A stretch of 64,000 nucleotides of DNA, from positions 7,380,001 through 7,444,000 of the forward strand of contig CM075992.1 of the NCBI GenBank assembly GCA_038087875.1, in the 5' to 3' direction. This DNA comes from Malacoraja senta (taxonomy: Eukaryota). Position 1 is the first letter of the stretch. Every line of letters starts with the position of its first letter. This document shows, piece after piece, positions 26,277-38,903 of the stretch. Under the pieces are notes generated by a model. That model saw only the letters and a program-made list of their open reading frames with translations. It was not told where the DNA came from and did not search any database. A program made the position numbers and the translations under genes.

Positions 26277-27086
26277 GTACATTATTGAAAATGATCCAAC
26301 GGCTTATAAACGAGACTGTTCCAAGCTTGTGCTTTAATGCTGTGTTTCAGAAGGTTTGAGTTGGAACTTCCATGCATGAAAATGCATGGGGTTTATCTAG
26401 CTTTGAGAATCTCAAGATAGGCGACTCTTGGGGAAGTGGATTCTTCACTCCAATTACTCACTTCTGTAAATTATTTAGCAGCAAATGTACAAAGGCAGCA
26501 AATGAATGATCTAATTAGCTTTTGGTCTATCCATATTTGATTTATTAATTCCTAACTCTCCACATTTCTATCTCCTTTGCTGAATTAAGGTCACTTAACC
26601 AAGCATCATTAGCCAGAGCCTGAGTATTGCACTTTGATCTTGCACCTCTCCTCCCTCTTCCTCGCAAAATGGCTTAGTGGTTCCTCATCTCGTGTGGTTT
26701 CTAATGGGACTTTGAAAGATCATATGAAAAGCTTAAGTCACCACAGGTTTTTTGATGAAATCACATGGGAATGGACTCTGAAGATGGCATGGAATTAGGA
26801 ATGAATTGACTCCACCACTGAGATGAACTGCTGGCACTCTAGCTAAGATGCCCTAAATGGATTCTGTCAGAATTGTGAATGGAGTAATTTGTAGCTCCTT
26901 GCACTGTTGGGTCACAGCTTATCTCGCTGCAATGAATGTGCTAATTTTATCTCCTAAACATTAATTGACCGTACTTTTCCTGTGTCATTGCTGAACTTTC
27001 TTGATATTGATCAGGCAATATTGTCCAGGCGACTTATTACAGTGAAGCATTAACAGTGAACTTGAATGTATCTAACATTAGTCAGT

Positions 27087-27114
27087 CTGAAGAAGGGTCT
27101 CGACCCGAAACGTC
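27087..27114 (+). ncRNA. Minimal type I hammerhead ribozyme motif (Penelope-type)
   Basis: CTGAAGA-A-GGGTC-TC-GACCC-GAAA-CGTC: intact core boxes, paired stem II, palindromic ACGT in place of stem III. Activity not shown. Confidence 0.75.
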
Positions 27115-29654
27115 ACCCATTCCTTCTCTCCAGTAATGCTGCCCGTCCCGCTGAGTTACTCCAGCATTTTGTGTCCACCTAACATTAGTCCTTGTTTGTT
27201 CAACCTCCTTTATTTAATAGACCCTCCCCTGAAGTGGTTTAGGGAGAAAATTCCAATGCTTTTGCAGTCTAGGTAGCAGATGGCATAAGCTTTGGCAATT
27301 AAAAAATACAGTTTCCTCACTGACTTTGCAGCAACTGGTGGTCTGGAGCCTCCTTTAATCAGGACTTAATCAAAATTACGCGAGTGCACTTGAAGTACCC
27401 CCAAGAAGTCCCCCTGAAATGTGGGGCCTAGGACAGGTGAGGCGGCCGATCACGGGACTTCCAATCGGCTGGTCGAATTTGCCCCCTGTAGCCAGGGCTC
27501 TGGAACTCCAGACGGGACGGAGCTGGCGCATCCGCCCTCATAGCCGACTTGCACGGCCTGACTTCCGATCGGCGGGTCGAATTTGCCCTCTGCGGCCGGG
27601 GCTCTGGGACTTCAGCCTGGCCGGAGCCGGCAGATCCGTCTCCATAGCTGACCTCCGAGGCTGACTTTGCGAGCCGGTATCTTGGCCCCCTGGCCGACTG
27701 TGCTGCAGGGAAAACAGACCCAGTCTCTCCTCGGAGCGGAAACATTCCTTCCCAGGCAACATCGAGGTCTGTTACCGCTGTACCCTCTCCTGTATTATCA
27801 CATCACAGAAAGAAGGAAACTATCGGCCAGTTCACTCGACATCCGCTATACTGCTTCCATTATTAAGTAAGTAGTATTGAACATTTAGAAAATCATAATA
27901 CAATTAAGTTGCTGACAGTTTTTGAAAGGGAAATCGTATTTCAAACATTCATTCAGAATCCTTTTAAGATGTAATGAACCGGTCGTGAAGGGAAGCTATT
28001 AGATACGGATGTATTTGGATTTCTTAAAGGCATTCAGTAATTGCCACGTGGAAGGTTACTGCACTGTGGCAGGCACAAATCATTGGTGTGCACTGGTACC
28101 TTGCATAGCACCGGGAATGTGTTCCTAGGAATGAAAGTGCTTGTGGAATCACCTATTCCTTTTCTCCAGAGATGCTGCCGGACCTGCTAAGTTACTCCAA
28201 CTTTTTGTGTCTATCTTCTCTCTCTTTCTCTCATCTCCATTCCCAACATCAATGGGGAGTACATTCTGGGGGAAATTCTAAGAGGCAGGAGCTACCTGCA
28301 TTTGGAAATTCAAGTAAAGTCAATACGGCTTTGTGCGTTGGATTTATTTTTTTGAAGTGGTGACCAAGAGGATTGTTGAGGGTGGTGCAGTAGACTTTGT
28401 CTACATGGCCTTTAGCAAGGTTTAGTTTAGCTTAGAGATACATCGCGGAAACAGGCACTTCAGCCCACCGAGTCCTCGCCGACCTGCGATCCCTTCACAC
28501 CAGCACTATCCTACACACTCAAGGGACAATTTACAATGGTACACAAGCCAATTAACCTACAAACCTGCACGTCTTTGGAGTGTGGGAGGAAACCGGAGCA
28601 CCCGGAGAAATCCCACTCAAATCACGGGGAGAACGTACAAACTCTGTACAGTCACACCACCTGTAGTCAGGATGGAACCCGAGTCTCTGGTGCTGTGATG
28701 CAGTGACTCTATGCTGCCCTTTGACTAGCTCCCACGCTGGTAGGCTAGTTCAGCGAGTAGGATCGCATGAGATCAGCGTGAGGTAATTGGATACAAAGTT
28801 GTTTGATGGTAGGAGGTCACCTTCAAACTACCATCATAAGGTTTCCTGCAGCACCAGATGATCAAATAACCTTGCTCTCTGCTACTCCATTATCAGACAC
28901 ATTGCTCCATCCATCACCTGAAGAATGGACCACCTCGCTGTTCTCTATCTGTGTTCTCCAGCGATGCTGCCTGACCCGCTGAGTTACTCCAGCACTATGT
29001 GTCACTTTGTGCATCAACACAAATTGACTACCTGGCTGTGATATATGTATAGGCAGTGACTGAGAGGACTGTACAAAGTTGGTCACGGGATGCAGTTGAC
29101 TGACTTGACCACTTGGATTTGGTAAACTATATGATGTTAAGGGATCGGCAATGGACCTGAAAGAATAAGTCACAGTTCTTAGTGGTTTCATAAAGAAACG
29201 TGTGGAGGAGTATGTTCCAACCATCTGAAAGTTCTCCAACCTGAAAGCTGGCAGCTAATATCATCAAAGATCCACTGGCTATTCATCTCGCTTCTACCAT
29301 CGGGAAGAAGTTACACAAGCCTGAAAACCATTACCGCCAGGTTTCAGTACAGCTTCCCATCAGGCGCTTGAACTAACCTACATAACCCTAACCACAAACA
29401 TTCATCGACACCAAACTAACTATTGATTTTGCACTAGCTATTGAGGTTGCACAGTATACTTTGGCTTGCACTATCATGGTCTGGTTTACGGAGTAATTAT
29501 TACTTCATGTTCATAAGTCAGAGGAGCATAAGTAGGCCATTCAGCCCTTCGAGTCCACTCCACCATTTAATTTCCATCTCATCCCCATTCCCTTGCGTGT
29601 TGTTTTGTTGCGTTGTATCGAATGTGCTTGTAGCGCTGCAGTAAGAAAGAATTA

Positions 29655-30573
29655 TAGTAAACCCTCGTTATAACGGACCAGATGGGAGAAGGGGAATGGT
29701 GTCCATTATTGCCTATTGTCCGCTATAACCGAGTAAGGTATTATTGTATGTAGTTGAAGTAAAGAAGCGCAGATGATGGTTAATGCACAATGTGCTGGAG
29801 TAACTCATCAGGTCGGGCAGCATCTCTGGAGAACATGGCTATGAGACGTCGGGTCGCTTCTTCAGATTAATTCAGTCTGCATAATTATTCCAGTACTTTG
29901 TGTTGTTTCACCTTTATACCAGGCACCGCTGGTCTGCACCAGCGAGCCCTTCTTCACTGGTTGACGTGGCTGTTGTTGTGGCTCACGCTGGCATTGCTCT
30001 CTTCAGGCCCTTGCCAACGACGAGACGTGCTCGAGCACCGAGGGGCTCCCTCCCCTCTCACCAGCTGCCGCTTCTTTCACTTTGTCCGCTCCCCCTTCAC
30101 TGCTGCCCCCTCCCCAACAGTCACTGACATCTTCCAGAGTGGAGCATGTCAGCAACTCCGGGGGAGAAGGAAGTGGAGGTGGCGGTAGCAGTGGAGGGGA
30201 GAAGGAGAGGCCGAGTTAACAGAGTGACGGAGAAGTGGGGAGGGGGGTCGGGCGGGGGAGAGGGGGAAGGGGACAAGCCGAAGGAAGAAGCGGCAGCTGG
30301 TGAGAGGGAAGGGAGCCCCATGTGGACCGAGACCGTCCTGTCGGTGGCGGCAGCCTGAAGGAAATGCTGTTCCCAGGGGCTACAACATGAGCCACTAGAT
30401 CGTGCGGTGAGTGAAGAAGGGCTCACTGGTGCACCTTCTGAGCTGGGGATGGTGTCGGAAGCTGGGGCTCTATTGGGAGGAGAGGTGGTGCGAACTTTGG
30501 GATTGCGTCGGCGGGACCATCCGCTATAACCAAAATCCGTTCTAAAAGAATCTGTTAAAACGAGGGTTTACCC
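29655..30573. mobile_element. pogo/Tigger-like non-autonomous element
   Basis: TA-flanked imperfect TIR GTAAACCCTCGTTATAACGGA ... TCTGTTAAAACGAGGGTTTAC; repeated TCCGCTATAACC subterminal motifs. Confidence 0.7.
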
Positions 30574-31373
30574 TACGGTTTTCTGGTCCTGGTTCATATG
30601 ACAAACGCTCTTGTCAGATCCATTAAACAAATATTCAGTGTGTCCTGATGGTAGAGCATGCAAATGATAGATAAATAGTGGTACATTAAGGGTACAATGA
30701 GAATGAGGAACTTGTATTGAGATTAGTATTAGTAAAGAAACGTGACTGTGAATATAATTAGAGTAGAAGGCAAAAAATCTTCGAAGCTGAAGAGCAAACT
30801 CGAAAGTATTTAACTTGTGGGCGATTTATTTGTTCGAATCTTCATCTTTCCGTGTCCATCTTGTTACCAATGTTGACTTCCCTGTCATCATCCGTCCTGA
30901 AAAGGACGCAAGTTTCCGGCGACAATCGGTGGAAGCCATCACTTGTCGCAATAGATGATGGTGGTAGCAGAATTAGCTCAGGATACTTCCAGTCTCCAGC
31001 CCCGCGACGTGGACGCTTCTGCTATGGGGCCTATGTTAGAATGATTCTTGGAGATTTAAAGAGAGCAAATACCTCATTGTTAATATTTGTTTATCATTGT
31101 CACAGGTAGCAAATTACAGTGGGAAATTTGTTTTGCATGCTATCCACTCAAATCGTACCTTAGTACAATCGAACCACACACGTACTGCAGGTAGTTCAAA
31201 GAAAAAGATAAACCGAGTGCAAAATATACTATTACAGCTGCAGGAAAAGTGCAGATAACAAAGTTCAAAGGCTACAAGGAGGTAGGTTGGAAGATGGGGA
31301 CTGTACCCTTGGCTTTTGAAGGGTCCATTCAATAGTCTGATGTTAGTGGAAAGAAGCTGTTCCTGAATCTGAT

Positions 31374-31849
31374 TGTAGCGGCAGATTTTTATATCGTTCC
31401 GTAGATTACTCCCTCTAGCCGCTAAGTGGACTGCATGGTTAAGGAGAATGTCGTTATACGCTTGTGAGCTTTCCGTCGGAGACCTTCAAAGCTTCTTCAC
31501 AGATAAATCTTCATAACACAGTATTTTAATTAATAAATTCTTTATTGTTGATGTAAAACAATAAGGTACATATCCAACCTTCTTCCAACTTGTACACTTT
31601 AATCTTCATCGAACTCCAGCATATCGCTTTAAAGGTTAGAAAACTCCACGTGTCTCCGTTACACTCCGCATGGTCAAAGGGTAAACCTTCCTCATGCTGG
31701 TCCCAAACTAAGCTTCTGCGCAAGAAACCTAGCTCCAAACACGCCCTGAAATACGTCATAAATCCCACCCACACTATAACGGGCAGTCTAAAATTTAAGG
31801 ACACATGCCATCATTAATGACACACAAAGCAAGCGATATGACCACTACA
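31374..31849 (-). mobile_element. Solo LTR (476 bp)
   Basis: TGTAGCGG...CCACTACA termini; 5-bp TSD CTGAT (31369-31373 and 31850-31854); interrupts a LINE remnant. Orientation is tentative (AATAAA on the minus strand near 31541). Confidence 0.8.
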
Positions 31850-32434
31850 CTGATGGAACATGCTTTTAAGCTTTTGTATCTTATGTTCGATGGGAGAAGA
31901 GGGAATGACCAGGGTGTGAATGGCCCTTGATTATGTTGGCTGCTTTCCTGAGGCGGTTGGGGTGTTGGTGGAGTTGATGATGGGGAAGCTGGTTTGCATG
32001 ACAGATCCTCATCTCTGCAAGTTCTTGCAGTCTTGGGCAGACGTGTTGCCAAGGGGCGATGCATCCCAATAAGATATTTCCTGTGGTGCATCTGTGGAAA
32101 TTGGCCGTGAATATTGGAGACACATGTTTTGTGCTGATCATGGTGCATGCCATCTCCAGCCTCCCAGACATTTTGATCCACTGCAATTTGCTTCCTGGAT
32201 ACTTATGTCAGATTCCCATTTATTGACCATAACTCTGCCTTCAAAACCATAATTCCAACCAAACACATCTCCACAGCGACAGCGTGTCCACAGCAGACAG
32301 CATCTGCCTGGCCCCACATGGACACCTACATCAGACTTATTTATTAACTTCAACACCATAAGACCATCCTCAGAAGACTAGGGAGATTCATCATATCTCC
32401 AAAGACACTCAGCAATGGTTTCTTCCCACTGTCA

Positions 32435-32745
32435 GTGAATGCCCAGGACAGAAAGGTCAGAATGGGAAGGAGAGTTCAAATGGTTAGGGAGATCCAGCAG
32501 GCCTTGGCGGACCGAGCGCAAGTTTTCAGCGAAATGATCGCCAAGTCTAAACTTGGTCTCGCCGACGTAATGGAAGCTCATCGGGAACTCTGGATGCAGG
32601 AGATGAGATTAGAGGAAGTGCACGTGAACCTCTGTCTCATCTGGAAGAACTGTTAGGGTCCCTGGATGGAGGTGACGGAGGAGGTATAGGGTCGGGTGGT
32701 ACGTCTCCTGTGGTTGAAGGGGAAAGTACTTGGGGCAGGGGTAGT
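32435..32745 (-). mobile_element. Penelope-like GIY-YIG fragment
   Basis: Reverse strand encodes QRFTCTSSNLISCI..., followed by degenerate GETKxRLGDxF. Confidence 0.7.
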
Positions 32746-32824
32746 TTTGGGGTGGGGGGGGGGGTCTGAAGATTTTGGGGAAATGTCATTGTAATCAGAT
32801 TACTCAGCATTTTAGTATGAGATA

Positions 32825-33247
32825 CAGTCCTGTTTCTTCTATAAAGCCCTTAACGGGCTTGCCCCCACCTACATCAATAGTCTGCTTACCCACCACACCA
32901 CCTCCAGGTCCCTCAGATCAGCCGACTTGGGGTTACTGAACATCCCGCGGTCTAGGCATAAGCTCAGGGGTGACCGAGCCTTTGCGGTTGCAACTCCTAG
33001 ACTGCATCCCTCTTATCAGAACTGCCCCCTCCATCGACTCCTTTATGTCGAGACTTAAAACTCATCTTTACTCTCAAGCCTTTCTTGACGTCCCCTGAGG
33101 GAGGGCTATATGTATGTATTCATGTATGTACTTAATCTATGAACCACTGTTGTATAACGTTAGTACCTCCACCAATGTAAAGCACTTTGGCCAACAAGAG
33201 TTGTTTTTTAAATGTGCTATAGAAATAAAGTGACTGACTGACTGACT
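32825..33247 (+). mobile_element. L2-clade LINE 3' end
   Basis: YKALNGLAPTYI...SRSLRSAD...GDRAFAVA.PRL...RLKTHL motifs; TGTAAAGCACTTTG...TGCTATAGAAATAAAG(TGAC)n tail. Confidence 0.85.
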
Positions 33248-33366
33248 TTGCAAAACCGTGACCACATTAAGTTGATACCATAAGACGATACTATCAGTTA
33301 AATATGTTGAAGCTTTATCTTGCTGTTAAGTAGGGTGAGTAAGATTTCTTTGGATTTTTTTTCTAG

Positions 33367-33432
33367 AATGAACCTGATGGCAGCTTATTAGATCTGAAGA
33401 CTCTGGTTGAAAACCAACTGCAAACAGCCATG
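33367..33432 (+). CDS. PNPLA6: PNPLA6 exon (NEPDGSLLDLKTLVENQLQTAM)
   Basis: ttttttctag| ... |gtaagt; phase 0-0; ends LQTAM, matching the LQTGM that precedes the transmembrane helix of NTE. Confidence 0.8.
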
Positions 33433-33775
33433 GTAAGTAGGGTGACATTTTTCCCCCCAAAATAAACTGTATTCGAAATTAAAAAACACATGCAAACAAA
33501 AACTGTGCAACAACACTTCAGACATTCTCAGCGTTGAGATATTTGTTAGTGCCATACTCATTCGTGTTCACACCTATCTTTAAACAAAACACCCTTGCCA
33601 CTCACCAGTCCCCTGGGCTGATATCCATCCCGTTATTTCAGGGGTGTCCCCACCAGAATCTGCCCTTTGATGTTTAACAGCAGAAGGACTCCAGACTGTG
33701 GTTCTTTTTAAAAAGATCAAAATTCAGAATTAAAAAATATAAAAAACAAGATCTGTGCAAATATTCTGACATTCT

Positions 33776-35391
33776 CAGTGGCTTGCAAAAGTATTCATAC
33801 CCCTTGAACTTTTCCACATTTTGTCACGTTACAACCACAAACGTAAATGTATTTTATTGGGATTTTATGTGATAGACCAACACAAAGTGGCGCATAATTG
33901 TGAAGTGGAAGGAAAATGATACATGGTTTTCAAATATTTTTACAAATAAACAACTGAAAAGTGTCGCGTGCAAAAGTATTCAGCCCCCTTTACTCTGATA
34001 CCCCTAAATAAAATCCAGTGCAACCATTGCCTTCAGAAGTTACCTAATTAGTAAATAGAGTCCACTTGTGTGTAATCTAATCTCAGTATAAATACAGCTG
34101 TTCTGTGAAGGCCTCAGAGGTTTGTTAGAGAACATTAGTGAACAAACAGCATCATGAAGTCCAAGGAACACACCAGACAGGTCAGGGATAAAGTTGTGGA
34201 GAAGTTTAAAGCAGGGTTAGGTTATAAAAAAATATCCCAAGCTTTGAACATCTCACGGAGCACTGTTCAGTCCATCATCCGAAAATGGAAAGAGTATGGC
34301 ACAACTGCAAACTTACCAAGACATGGCCGTCCACCTAAACTGACAGGCCGGGCAAGGAGAGCATTGATCAGAGAAGCAGCCAAGAGGCCCATGGTAACTC
34401 TGGAGGAGCTGCAGAGATCCACAGCTCAGGTGGGAGAATCTGTCCACAGGACAACTATTAGTCGTGCACTCCACAAATCGGGCCTTTATGCAAGAGTGGC
34501 AAGAAGAAAGCCATTGTTGAAAAAAAGCCATAAGAAGTCCCGTTTGCAGTTTGCCACAAGTCATGTGGGGGACACAGCAAACATGTGGAGGAAGGTGCTC
34601 TGGTCAGATGAGACCAAAATTGAAGTTTTTGGCCTAAATGCAAAACGCTATGTGTGGCGGAAACCTAACACTGCACATCACCCTGAACACACCATCCCCA
34701 CTGTGAAACATGGTAGTGGCAGCATCATGCTGTGGGGATGCTTTTCTTCAGCAGGGACAGGGAAGCTGGTCAGAGTTGATGGGAAGATGGATGGAGCCAA
34801 ATACAGGGCAATCTTGGAAGAAAACCTGTTAGAGTCTGCAAAAGACTTGAGACTGGGGCGGAGGTTCACCTTCCAGCAGGAGAACGACCCTAAACATACA
34901 GCCAGAGCTACAATGGAATGGTTTAGATCAAAGCATATTCATGTGTTAGAATGGCCCAGTCAAAGTCCAGACCTAAATCCAATTGAGAATCTCTGGCAAG
35001 ACTTGAAAATTGCTGTTCACAGATGCTCTCCATCCAATCTGACTGAGCTTGAGCTATTTTGCAAAGAAGAATGGGCAAAAATTTCGGTCTCTAGATGTGC
35101 AAAGCTGGTAGAGACATACCCCAAAAGACTTGCAGCTGTAATTGCAGCGAAAGGTGGTTCTACAAAGTATTGACTCAGGGGGGCTGAATACTTTTGCACG
35201 CGACAATTTTCAGTTTTTTATTTGTAAACAAATTTGAAAACCATGTATCATTTTCCTTCCACTTCACAATTATGCACCACTTTGTGTTGGTCTATCACAT
35301 AAAATCCCAATAAAATACATTTACGTTTGTGGTAGTAACGTGACAAAATGTGGAAAAGTTCAAGGGGTATGAATACTTTTGCAAGCCACTG
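33776..35391 (+). mobile_element. Full-length Tc1-family (IR/DR group, Passport-like) DNA transposon in a PNPLA6 intron
   Basis: About 214-bp TIRs (33776-33989 and about 35178-35391) starting CAGTGGCTTGCAAAAGTATTC, with inner and outer direct repeats (GCAAAAGTATTCA..CCCC); TA at the right flank; single transposase ORF. Confidence 0.97.
34154..35173 (+). CDS. Tc1 transposase, 339 aa, uninterrupted; second catalytic Asp replaced by Glu
   Basis: Paired-like HTH, GRPPK, WSDETK, FQQENDPKH (normally QQDND), then 34 residues to the E of SPDLNPIENLW; ends KGGSTKY. Confidence 0.96.
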   Translation: MKSKEHTRQVRDKVVEKFKAGLGYKKISQALNISRSTVQSIIRKWKEYGTTANLPRHGRPPKLTGRARRALIREAAKRPMVTLEELQRSTAQVGESVHRTTISRALHKSGLYARVARRKPLLKKSHKKSRLQFATSHVGDTANMWRKVLWSDETKIEVFGLNAKRYVWRKPNTAHHPEHTIPTVKHGSGSIMLWGCFSSAGTGKLVRVDGKMDGAKYRAILEENLLESAKDLRLGRRFTFQQENDPKHTARATMEWFRSKHIHVLEWPSQSPDLNPIENLWQDLKIAVHRCSPSNLTELELFCKEEWAKISVSRCAKLVETYPKRLAAVIAAKGGSTKY

Positions 35392-37419
35392 TATACATTC
35401 ATGTGTAAGAAAGAACTGCAGATGCTGGTTTAAATCGAAGGTAGACACAAAACGCTGGAGTAATTCAGCGGGACAGGCAGCATCTCTGGAGAGAAGGAAT
35501 GGGCTTCTCTCCAGAGAATCCTTCTCTCCAGAGATGCTGCCTGTCCCGCTGAGTTACTCCAGCATTTTGTGTCTACCTTCGATATACATTCATATGTTGT
35601 GTCAACCACATTGATATGCACATTGGCTGGCCTAGCCTTGTCTGTCTACAGTCTTTTGCAACCTAGCAGCCATGTTAGGAGACTCTTCCTGGTTTACTTT
35701 GATATTATATTTTGGGGGGTTGTTTAATCTCCATTCCTGAAGCCAAATATTTTTATTTGTGGCCCTATTTTTTTTTTCTTTTGAGGCTCTCTGTCTGCAC
35801 GAGCCTGCAGATTTAAAAGATTTCATTTTCGTGGCCGCCCGCTGTGGATTTTAGATACACTTTGCCTCACTGTTTCAGATTGATATTTCTGTGTTGTGTG
35901 GTTTAATAAGGCAAGCCAAAATAAGCTGCTAATTGGAAAGGAGTGAGTACTATGGAGTACAGCACAGAAACAGGCCCTTCGGCCCACCATGTTCATGCTG
36001 ACCAAGTTGGCATATTCATGGGCTAGTCCCATTTGCCGGCATTTGGTCCCTCTAAACTAAAATTACCAAATCAATTATCTTATATAAAGTTAAGTGCTTT
36101 TCTGTAACAGCTAGTGTGGTAACTTTGATCCGAATAGAATGCCAATTCCTACCAGACTTTAGGCTAATGCCAGGATGGCTGGTTTAGAAATAGTACAGAC
36201 TAGAAAAAGTGAGTTGATGATTGCCTTCTTAGCTATTACACAGCATACTATCGAGGCAGTCAGACAATGCGGACCCTCTAGCAGAGAAGATCCTGACTAG
36301 ATTGGAAAAGTGAAAGATCATCTATTAGTTTACCAGAGTTTGAGATGCTTCAACGTTTACCAAAGAGATCATCGGTGAGTACATGTTTTCTTTTTAGATG
36401 AGTTAGATTCCTTTCAGTTAAATCTGTAGGGACCCTCTATATGTGAGACATCCTGAATTTGGTGTCTACTGTGACGGCTTTTTGAATTTGGACCTGCGTT
36501 TTATGGTTAAGGAGGATCCTCTAGGGAAGAATAGAAACAAGGAACTGCAGATGCCGGTTTATACCAAAGATAGACACAAAGTGCTGAAGTAACTCAGCAA
36601 GTCAGGCAGCATCTCTGGAGAAAGAGGATGGGTGACGTTTCGTGTCTGAAGAAGGGTCCAGACCCGAAGTGTCACCCATCCTTTTTCTCCAAGGATTCTG
36701 CTTGACCTGCTGAGTTACTCCAGCACTTTGTGTCTATCTCTGGGGAAGAGTGATGGTGAAAGCAAACTGAATTTTACATTCACTTCAAGAATAACAGATT
36801 CAAGTTTGAAACTGGAGAATGAAACCTGGGTGGGTTGGCTAAAGTAGGTTTGGAAATTTAGATTATAAGGCGCAGTGAAAATTAATCTGTATTGAAATGT
36901 TTCTTTGTTCTAATCGTAAGTCCATTCTGTTGATACGATAAAAGTATTCCACCATGGCAAACTACAGTTGAGGATAGTATTAGATTAAATTAATAGATAA
37001 AGTTACAAAGATTAGTTGAAGGCTTGAGCATTTAATGAATATTATAAACCAACAGGATAATTTAAAGAAAATAACAAAAATGGGTAAAATGATCAAGTAA
37101 TATAAAGACAAATTACTTCGGCAAAGAAAAAAAGTGGCAAAAGTTAAACGTTGAGGATGGAAGAAGCTAGGACATAGGAAATAAAAATGGGGAATAAGGA
37201 ACTGGCAATGGGTTCAAACATTCTTGAATGTTCTTGTGCAAGAGAATGGTCAGCATGCACATTAGGGAAGTAATTGAAAATGAAGAGAGGTGAGCATTTC
37301 TTAGAAGGTGATGTAATACAAGAAAAAGGAAGCTGTGTTTCCACTGCATAGATCTTGGCTGGGACTATATTTTGTATATAGTTTCACATTAAAAGGCTCT
37401 GTAGGTAATTAAGAAGCAT

Positions 37420-37952
37420 AAGGCCCCATATCTGAGGAAGGATATGCTGTCATTTGAGGGGGTCCAGAGAAGGTTTATGGGAAGGATCCCAGGAATGATT
37501 GGATTAACACAGGATGAGCATTTGACAGAACTGGGCCTGTACTCGCTGGAGTTTAGATGGGGGGGACCTCATTGAAACTTACCAAATAGTAAAAGGCTTG
37601 GATAAAGTGGTTGTGGAGAGGATGTTTCAACCTGTGGGAGAGTCTAGGACCAGAGGGCACAGCCTCAGAATAAAAGGATGTACCTTTAGAAAGGAGATGA
37701 GGAGGAATTTCTTTAGTCAAAAGGTGGTGAATCTGTGGAATTCATTGCCTCAGACAGCTGTGGAGGCCAAGTCAATGGATATTTATAAGGTGGAGATTGA
37801 CAGGTTCTTGATTAGTACGAGTGTCAGAGGTTATGGGGAGAAGTCAGGAGAATTGGGTTGAGAGGGAAAGATAGATCAGCCATGATTGAATGACGGAGTA
37901 GACTTGATAGGTCGCATGAGCTAATTCTGCTCCTGTAACTTATGAACTTATG
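37420..37952 (+). mobile_element. CR1/HER1-type LINE 3' fragment
   Basis: SRTRGHSLRIKG...VVNLWNSLPQ motif; (TTATGAAC) tail. Confidence 0.85.
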
Positions 37953-38903
37953 AAGGGAGTGATGAACAAAATTATTAATGGCAGTAGATTGAGACTACCA
38001 GCAGATTAATAAGGCTAAATCTGCAAATACTGAAAATGTGATGGTCTACACCACTAAAGTAGGGATAGTCTCCTAACGTCTGCTAGATTGTGAAAGACCA
38101 CAGACAGACAAGGCTAGGTCAGCCGAGTGGGCAGATAAATGCCCTGGGCAGTAAGAGGAATAGGTCCTCTACATCTTGGGTTCAAGTTTCTGTGTGCCTT
38201 GTGTGTTGTGACTGTCGGCAGACCAATTTCCCTCCAGGGATGAATAAAGTTTTATTGTATCGTAAAAGAAGTGGTTGAAGAGAAATTGGATGCTTTGGTA
38301 TCTATCGACTGATATTCGCTACATATTGGAAGACAGCAAATGTAGTACTGTCGATTTTAAAAAAAAATAGATGGGAGGTGAACTGGCCTAATGCCATTGG
38401 CAAGAAAAATGATGAAAGCCATTAAGGAAATTATTTTTGGACACGTTGGGACAATGTGATTTTATAAAATGTATAGGAAGGAACTGCGGATGCTGGTTCA
38501 GACCAAAGATAGACACAAAAAAGCTGGAGTAATTCAGCAGGTCAGACAACATCTCTGGAGAAAAGGAATAGGTGGCATTTCGGGTTAAGATCCTTAAAGA
38601 ATCTGAAGAAGTGTTACTCCATCTGACTTACTCCAGCGTTTTGTGTTAATCTGTGATTTTATAAAAGTATTTAAACATATTTAGTAGGGTTCTTTGACAT
38701 AACGAACAAGGTAAATATGTTATGGGTCAATAGCAGTGAAGAAGGCATATGGCATTTTTAGCTTGAAGAAAGGTCCTGACCCAAAACATCGCCTATTCCT
38801 TTTCTCCAGAGATGCTACCTCACTGGCTCAGTTACTCCAGCAGTTTGTACCTATCTAAGGCATATGGCATGATTGCCTTTACAGGTTGAGGCATAGAATG
38901 TAA

